Assembly (NCBI GenBank): GCA_012295275.1
Contig: CM022665.1
Coordinates: forward strand, 45,756,001 to 45,820,000
Reading direction: 5' to 3'
Source: Chrysomallon squamiferum
Lineage: Eukaryota > Animalia > Mollusca
Length of the DNA: 64,000 nt
The position numbers and the translations under genes are program-made. A model generated the notes under the pieces. That model was not told the origin of the DNA and did not search any database. It worked only from the letters and a program-made list of their open reading frames with translations. Below, piece by piece: positions 55,673 to 64,000 of this stretch; position 1 is the first letter of the stretch; each line of letters begins with the position of its first letter.

Positions 55673-57094
55673 CTGGATAACGAAGCAGGCAGATACATGC
55701 AGACAGAGATACAGACAGGCGGACCAAACCAGTGAGTCTCTGACACCCAGATATTCATATCTTAGATCTAATCGGGTGTGGGTGTGCCATTGTTCAACCT
55801 GCAATCGCGTTCTGTTTAAATCAAAAGAACAATTTCGCCTGACAGATGCCAGTCTATTTGCTTTACGGTCCGCTTCGCAAAAATCACTGATAAAACCACT
55901 CACATACTCTGGGACTGTATCGCTGTCGAAGTTTCTCTTTTGTCACTATTATCGATGACTAATCACGTGACTAATACGACACGTCAAAAACTCTTTTAAT
56001 CAGATCGTCTACCGCCGATCGAAGCAGCCGACACGCCATGTTGCTAATGATCTATATCCGGTGAACCGGATACTTCAGAAGAAAAAGAAAAAAGCATTTC
56101 ATACGTCTGATATTATGGAGCTGTGAAAAGCAAACGAAGAATATGCCGAACAATAATAAAAAGCTTGCGTTAATATTTCTTAGCACAAGTAAACAATGTT
56201 GCCATGGTGATTAATGGTAGAATTCAATGAATCTGTTGAAAAAGAAGTTAATATCGATAGTTAGGTGATGAACGATGTAACGATCTAGCTGAGTTATTTT
56301 TTATTTATTTATTTACTTTTTCTTTCCTACTTAATCCATGTATATCAGCTGGAACACAAATAACGATTTTTTCATTAAAAGAATTTAATAGAGAAATTTT
56401 ACACATAACATACTTTAATTTCAGTTTATCCTGAAACGTTCAACATGCAGGTAACTAACGTAAATAAAAAGACAATAATAAATAAATAAACAAAATACTA
56501 AAAGCTCTAAAATGTTGACGTTATCAATATCAGTATAAGAAATGTAAGATCTACTTTATCGGAATAGTGACGTCATTTTTCTACACGTCTGGTCAAAAGG
56601 AATGCAACAAATAAAGAACAAAAAATTAAAAATGTGAATCCTGAACCATCAGACTGAAATCAGTTGGAGTAAAATATTTACACTGTATGGGACTCTTCGT
56701 AAAAGTTTTATCAAGAATAATGAACTGAAACTTAGGATTACACATAAACTATTATTGAAAAACGTGGATGGATACACAAATGGACGAAATTAGGGATAGA
56801 TGGATTTACTGACTAGTGGAAGAATGAGTGTAAGTAGACTGGGGATTTACAGATAGAAAGTTAAACAGATGGACAGACAGTCAGACAGACACTCAAACTT
56901 TTTTTTTTTAATTTTAATTTTTTTTTTTAATTTATTTATTTTAATTTATTTATTTATTTATTTATTTTTTTATTTTTTATTTTATTTATTTATTTTTTTT
57001 TTTTTTTTTTTTTTTTGATTATCAAATATGCTTTTCTATTTCAAAGAAATGTTTTCCTTCATTTTTTCCCACTTCATAAAAAAACATACAGAAA

Positions 57095-57191
<97 letters not shown>

Positions 57192-58799
57192 TACACTCAT
57201 ACATATAATAGACTATATTCAACAATTCTATTTTTTTTTCCTGAAACCATTTAACTTTTCTTTTTTCCTCTCTCTACATGTATGAGCATGTTTGTGACAG
57301 TCCCTTTGTCTTGATACCCTGCAGTTTAGACTATATTTTAACCAAATCCTCGTACACGCCGCTACATGAAAAAAAAAAAAAATAATAATCTATTCTACTA
57401 CACATAATACAATCATAGAGTCGACTCTCTCTCTATTTCCAGTCAAACAGAAACGCGGCCAACTAGCAACAATACAGCCCATGTGACACTTAATACTCCA
57501 GCTATTTGAATTTCAAATTATATGAAGTGAAGTTCCTGTGAAAGTCGCAAACAGTGTTTAATGAGATAAATAATGCATACATATATATATATTTTTTAAT
57601 AATCTACAGTTCAAGTCGGTGTAAGAAAAAAAGGCAGATCGTGACTGAACATGGTAATAACGTTTACAGTTTGAATAAAACATTTAATGTTTTTAGTGCA
57701 AGTTACTTTCTTTTGACAGGGTCTCGAATAGAATCGATTATATCCTGTTTTCTCGACGACAGTTAAGGCAGGAATTAGGTTTCAAATAAACGAGAGGAGC
57801 TACAGATTTAGGCCTCGCAGTATGAAAGGGTCAGTCCGGAATTCCAGTTCAGAAAAACCGCCAAAACAACACCAATTTGCGCTTGATTCGGTATTCTCGA
57901 AATTTCAAGTTCATGGACTCGAAATTTTAGTTGATATGTTACAATACTGTATTATCCGTTATCAACAATATACCAGTTTGTCGTATCTTATCATATCAGG
58001 AAGGAAGCTCTCGAAATTTCAGTTGAATTGTTTCACAGTATTTTTCTTTGTTAGACGGAGCCTTTCAGTTTGTCATAGGTTAAGGCCTTGATATGGCTTT
58101 TATACGTATATGTATTTGTGTTCGAGTATCTGTGCATGTGTGTTTATACATACATACATACATACATACATACATACATACATACATACATACATACATA
58201 CATACATAGTACATATATATGTGTGCGTGTCAGTTTATCATTGTTCAAAATAACACTGTCGAAAAGTATCTATTTATTCATTCATTCATTTTTAGAATTG
58301 AATTTAAAGCATATGTATACAGATTAGAACCGCAGTCTTACAAATAAACGCACAGACCAAACCACAAGAAAGCCCAATAAAGATGTGCACGTATTATATG
58401 TTAACATAAAAAAAGTACTATCTAAACAAAATATGTAAACTGTTTTTAATGGTGTCAATTATGAAAATTATGGGAATACTGGAGAACAATAAGATATCAC
58501 TGAGTGTCTTTTTCTTTATTATTTTTTAATTTTGTTTTGTTACGTTTTGTCTGTTTATTATTATTATTATTTTTATTATTTTGTTGTTGTTTACATTGTT
58601 GTTATTTTAATAGCTTTTGAAAGGTTTTTTTTTTTTCTGTTTTGTTTTTCCCTCCCCCCCTCCACACATTTCGATATCAATTTTGAAAACGACACAGCTA
58701 TAAATTACTTTCGAAAGAAAGATTTTAATTCCCACATTTATCACCAAGACTGACAAAAAAAATATAATATACAGTCTGTGTTTTATTTCACTTTTGTTA

Positions 58800-58932
58800 C
58801 AAACAAAAACAACAGATAGGTGAACAAGACATTTGTTAACATTTAGTACGCTGATAATCGAACAAGACGTTTTACACATCAGCAGAAAAATAAACAGATC
58901 ACTGTATCTCAATCACACTATAGACTGCTTGG
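58800..58932 (+). other. Candidate upstream (likely non-coding) exon of the 60-kb gene
   Basis: Consensus donor TGG|GTAAGT at 58932/58933, the nearest strong donor I saw upstream of the acceptor at 60095. The 5' boundary is unknown. Confidence 0.35.
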
Positions 58933-60164
58933 GTAAGTGCATTTTTTGAGAATTATATCGTCCATTCTTGCTTTTTTTTTTTTTTTTTTTTTTTGTTTGC
59001 CATAAATGAATCTCGGTAAAATGTAATCTAATTTTTCTGGATTATATTGTCAACGAAAAAACTGGGCAAAATGTAACTAACTTTTCTCGATAATATTGTT
59101 AAGGAAAACTGCGTAAAATATATGTAACTGAAGAGATTAAACAGATTAAAACTTAAGTAAGTCCTTGACATATCTGTTTTTAAAAATGTACTCTGCGAGG
59201 TTGTATTGTATCAGGTATCATGTATATAACAGTTGTATATCACTTGCTTATTTATTTAGCTGTTATGTTCTTAAATAAAGCGCTTTTCCTTTCACTGGGT
59301 CAAGTGTCTGTCGAGATGTTTTATTATCATACGTTTACATTGCTGTTATGTTTTTTTGCAATAATGCCTCAGCTTTTCGCTCTATCAGACAGCGAATACT
59401 ATTTACATATTTATTTTGCTATTATATTCTTTACAACAATTACACTTTTCATTTTGTTAAATGGAATCCTTAGATATGTACGCCTACGTGTGTGCGTGTT
59501 TAGTAGCTATACTCTTAACATAATAAGCAACTCATAATTATAATGGGGAAAGTATCTACAGAAAATGGGAATAAATACATGTTGTTGTTGTTTTTTCTCA
59601 TGTACTTATTTACTTTACTATTTCTAACCTTTTTGTTTTCTTTGTTGATTCTGCTGATTTAGACAGCTTTTTAAATTTCTTAATAATAAAAAAATAAATA
59701 AATAAATTTAAAAACAAAAACAAAATGTTTCAGTAAGGCGTCTTATTCATTTACTTATTGTTCATTTCTGAAAAACACAAAATCATACGATAAATATTCA
59801 TTTCGACCATAAAAATGTTCTGTGATAAACATTCATGTAAACTTTGAATAACAGATACACCGTAAGTTTTAGTCTGAACAGAAGATTCTGAATAACTCGA
59901 TTTTGTTTTGTTTCTGTTGGAAAGCGGATATACCTAATCATTTTTTTATTATTATTATTGTCGTTGTTATTGTTGTTGTTGTTGTTTAAATTTGATTTCT
60001 TCTTATATGCTTAAACATGTTGGTTTTTTTTGGGGGGGGGTGTTGTTTTTTTAATAATTTATAACGTTAGTTATAAATATTGTTTTCACTTGCAGGAAGT
60101 GTAGATAACTCTTCACAAAAATTGGTTTCATTTACCCTGTTGAAGCAGAACGTACTAGCTCAAA

Positions 60165-60344
60165 ATGGAGGACTCGCACCACGCGAAGAGGCCAGTGAAA
60201 CTGGACTACAGTCACACGTACAAAGGAAACGAAGAACTGGACGACATTCTGGAGGCAGAGCTGGACAACATACACCACGCATGGAACAAAGTGGAGAGGA
60301 GCAAGATGCAGGAGATCGAGGAGGCGAAAAGGAGGCGGAGATGA
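60165..60344 (+). CDS. Uncharacterised gene, upstream frame A (59 aa MEDSHHAKRPVKLDYSHTYKGNEELDDILEAELDNIHHAWNKVERSKMQEIEEAKRRRR); probably the true N-terminus of the downstream ORF
   Basis: Strong start context CAAAATGG, protein-like helical composition, C/G-ending codons. Just below the 60-aa cutoff of the ORF track. Its TGA overlaps the ATG of frame B (ATGA 60341-60344). Confidence 0.6.
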   Translation: MEDSHHAKRPVKLDYSHTYKGNEELDDILEAELDNIHHAWNKVERSKMQEIEEAKRRRR

Positions 60345-60994
60345 TTCAGACGCTGAAAGAGATCGTCAACACGAAATCCGTGGACGCCGTCGACCTGTAC
60401 GACAGCTCTTCAAAACACGCCGGCGGCATGTCGGCAGAAAACGACCATGTGACGCGGGAGGTGAGCAAAACTCTGAAGCGCATTCAACGAGAGCGAGACA
60501 AATACAGCGCGAAAAACTTCTTCAACGGAACGATTCCGCGGCTCAGACGATCATCCGGGTTTCTCAGCAAAACGCAGGACTCGGGCGACACCCAAACGCC
60601 GCCGCCGCCACGTCGCGCCGCTTCTGCCATGGTAATTTCCTCCTCCGCACCGACGGAAACAGAAAAGTCGTTTCGCCGCAGAAGCCAGAACCGTCGTCCT
60701 TCCTTTTCGCAGGTGCTGGACTCTCGCCCGATGACCGTTCCGGCGAGAGCTCGTCCCGAGACGCCTGTCCGAGCTCGTTCTGCTGGTCTGGCCAGGTCCA
60801 GGAGACAGCTGCAGGAGATGAGCGAACTGGATCAGTTCTTTTCGCGTCCTCCGGTCGTCACGCCGCTGGAAATGAGGCAACAGCTTCTGCAGTCCCTGAA
60901 GGAACAGAATATACAGCTTCAGGAGAGGGTGAACTCGTTTGTTGAAGACCTTATAAGTTTTAACAAGAGGCAGAAACAGCCAAAATACGGATAA
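60341..60994 (+). CDS. Uncharacterised protein, frame B (217 aa from Met 60341; Arg/Ser/Pro-rich middle, C-terminal coiled-coil-like segment)
   Basis: GC-rich, codon-biased block in AT-rich surroundings. Frame is open from 60080. Splice acceptor TTTTCACTTGCAG| at 60095/60096. Stop TAA followed by AATAAA at 61150 and 61161. No family recognised. Confidence 0.8.
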   Translation: MIQTLKEIVNTKSVDAVDLYDSSSKHAGGMSAENDHVTREVSKTLKRIQRERDKYSAKNFFNGTIPRLRRSSGFLSKTQDSGDTQTPPPPRRAASAMVISSSAPTETEKSFRRRSQNRRPSFSQVLDSRPMTVPARARPETPVRARSAGLARSRRQLQEMSELDQFFSRPPVVTPLEMRQQLLQSLKEQNIQLQERVNSFVEDLISFNKRQKQPKYG

Positions 60995-61657
60995 TATGTG
61001 TATATGTTAAAATTTTTACAGTACTTTTCAGGAAAGCAAAGATCGGCATTTTGACAGTTCATCCATTGAAGTGATGGATTTATTTATTTCTAAGGAGATA
61101 TGCTGGCCTTGTGGCAAAACAAAAAGGATTGTTATATACGACGTTTCATAATAAAATGACAATAAACATTTACCATAAAAAATATATATATATTGCCATC
61201 ATCATCGTCATCATCAACATCATTATTAGTATCATCATCGTTATTATCGTGCATTAAACAATAACAATACAATATTAATATAATCGACTATTTTATTATT
61301 TTTAATATTCACGGCAGCACCAAGAAAATCAATTTTAAAAAAAACGGATAGTAATGAAAACATCAAATATTATTATTTGTTTGTGGATGTCCCTGAACTG
61401 AAAATAATTGACACCCAAACCTTCCTTTATAGTGACAATTTAATACAATTATTTCAAAATAATTAATGTCCAAAATGACATGCATAAATACAAGAATGTA
61501 CAGAGTATTTCATAATCAAGATCTAAAATAAAGTTTCCTCATCCTATTGTGTTATTAACAGTTACTAGGTACAAAATAATTATGTTCTGTGGATTTTGTT
61601 TGAACTTATTATTTTTTTTTGTATTTTTATTTTATTTTTGTTTTTATATTATTTTAT

Positions 61658-61728
<71 letters not shown>

Positions 61729-62688
61729 CATTTAGGCAGTCCTTTTAAATATACTGTAATTTTTTAAAACAATAGTGAAAATTATACACGCGACATTTTT
61801 TTTGTTTTATTTAATTTGGTCAATTTGATTTTTGACGAAATGAAAGTTCTAAATTATATATTCAATCTATTCTTTGTACCTTTTGTATAGTCGAAACACA
61901 GTCTTCCAAATTAATGATTTATTTATCTCTGCAGCCCAGTCTAACAATAAAAAAGTAAAATTAGGTAATATCTCGGTATCGCCATTTGTTTTTGCAGTGA
62001 CGTCATCTCGTACCTTGAAAAATATCTTTATTTCTCTTAGTGTTGTTAAAAAAATATTTTTGATATTCACTGAAATTTGTGGTTAACAAAACTTTAAAGC
62101 TTATTTCTATTATTCACGATACTTTTTTTTTTCTGAATTTTCGTTAAAATGACATTTATTTTGAGAATAAGAAATTAATATTTTATAAATAATGTGTTTA
62201 TTTATTACGCAAGCGTTCAGTAGCAAAAATTAATGTATCGTGTACACGTTAATAAAAGAAAACAGATATTTTAAAATAGAAAACTCCTCAATAAAAAAAA
62301 AAAAAAAAAAAAAAGTTTTAAAATAAAAGAAAAAAAGTATATTTTCCCTCCTATCTTTATACAGTCAGCTACATTAATTTTTTTTTTTTTTTTTTTACTT
62401 AATTCCTTATTAACAGTCCACAATATTTTAGATCTGCCAGTCTATTCTTTACACAGAAAGGTTACTAAATAAATTTTATAGTGTAATGAGCTGTCATCAT
62501 CTAATTTAAAATTTTTCTCGTCCGATATTCGATAAATGAATGTAGCGAGTCTAGTTTTCATGACGTAACTGAAAATGATAGTTCATTTTCTTTTAGTACA
62601 CATGAACCCGTACATTTCTTATCACAGATAATCGCCAGTATGTTCTTATACTAGCATTTTATTCTCTGGTTAACTAATGTGTTTTTTT

Positions 62689-62734
<46 letters not shown>

Positions 62735-64000
62735 TAATAATAATAATAAATAAATAAATAAATAAATAATTTTTTTTTAAAATCTGAAATTCAGAATATT
62801 AATTTCTCAAATAAATGTTATTTATTTATCTACATTTATTTTATTCAAAAAAAAAATAAGTCAAAAAAACAATTAAATATCTGTATATTTCATTTCTTTA
62901 TTTTTTTTAATAAACAGTAATATAAATAAAAATAAAATGACAAAAAGCAACAAGCAATAATTTGTTAATATAATCTACTTAACACCCATCAGAAAAAAAA
63001 AAAAAGTGTTAATTCTAAACAGAATTGTTCTCATTTGGTTTTCATTCTCCTTCCTGTTCATTCTATATTACGTTGAAAAAATACATAACATTGTACAGTA
63101 AAATGTCAACAATTTTATAAACTGATTGAAAGACGCATGTACAATCAAACACATAAATCTGGAATATGTATAGTAAGTATAAAAATACAGCTTAATTGTA
63201 TAGTCTAGCACCTGAATAAATATATTGTCTTTGGTTATACCAATAAAAATTATTGCATTGTATCATTTTCAGTACTAAAAATGAAAAAAAATAACATAAT
63301 TATATATTGTTCTTGAATTTAAGTGTAGCCACAAAAAATATATTACAGTGATAAAAAGAAAATTTTTTTTTATTTTATGTAACTTCCTAAATGATTTTCT
63401 TTTTAACCGATAACCAGTCTTTGTTGATAATAAAGTATGTCAGTGATACAGTACATAAAAACACACATTCACCTTATAGAATATATCATTGACAAAAATG
63501 CAAATAAGATTTCCCCATAAACCATTTCCCAATGTGTACAGCAAAGAAAGTGACAGCATTAAAGTTATTAAAAGTTGGTGCCTAGTCGTATAAAACAACC
63601 ATTTGTAAATATATGAAAAATATTTATATTTTTAGTCACACCAACAAAAAATATAAAAAATATAATTTTTTTTAATGAAATCACAAGAACAAACAAAAAA
63701 CACCATAAAAATCCCACAATTTGCTGAGTGACAAGAAACTGATAATAAATGCAGCAGTTTTATCACAACAATAAATATTTATATCAATAATTCATGATAT
63801 AATCTTGAGCACCTTAATATTAATGTTTTCATGACTAAAGGGTATTACTTGTATACATTAATGTTTAAATATTGTTTTGAAAGCATATATCATTACTTAA
63901 ACATTAATTTTTAAAGAACTTTTTTTAAATGCATGTGTCATTTCATTAATATTTAAATAATATTTTAAAAGCATTTGACTGCCATTAATAAACATTAATT

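Noticed and set aside
60080-60340. N-terminal part of the 304-aa ORF as listed in the track
   Set aside because: It starts at a TTG inside the splice-acceptor tract and reads like an off-frame translation; the frame from 60165 is more protein-like.
60551-60880. 109-aa antisense ORF
   Set aside because: Shadow of the GC-rich coding exon.

Overview
Eukaryotic, AT-rich, microsatellite-saturated animal genomic DNA with spliceosomal introns; from the protein sequence probably an invertebrate lophotrochozoan such as a mollusc (inference). The main gene is a complete three-exon MyoD/nautilus-family myogenic bHLH gene on the + strand: join(12342..13325, 27779..27851, 31787..31917), 395 aa, with the His/Cys domain, bHLH and helix III, and introns of 14,453 and 3,935 bp. 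Its putative 3' UTR starts with a ~22-bp tandem array and then carries six miR-124 seed matches in ~380 nt, plus miR-96-type and miR-183-type sites. This suggests that neural and sensory microRNAs silence the muscle master regulator, and it is the most striking signal in the window. A second, uncharacterised gene near 60.1-61.0 kb is split into two protein-like frames that overlap at ATGA (59 aa + 217 aa); this could be a 1-nt indel error, a null allele or recoding. The rest is simple repeats, minisatellites, TE relics (a TTAA-flanked palindromic MITE, tRNA-like SINE fragments) and CpG-rich islands with candidate regulatory motifs, including a strong CTCF site. Almost all other ORFs in the track are repeat translations or shadows of GC-rich exons.
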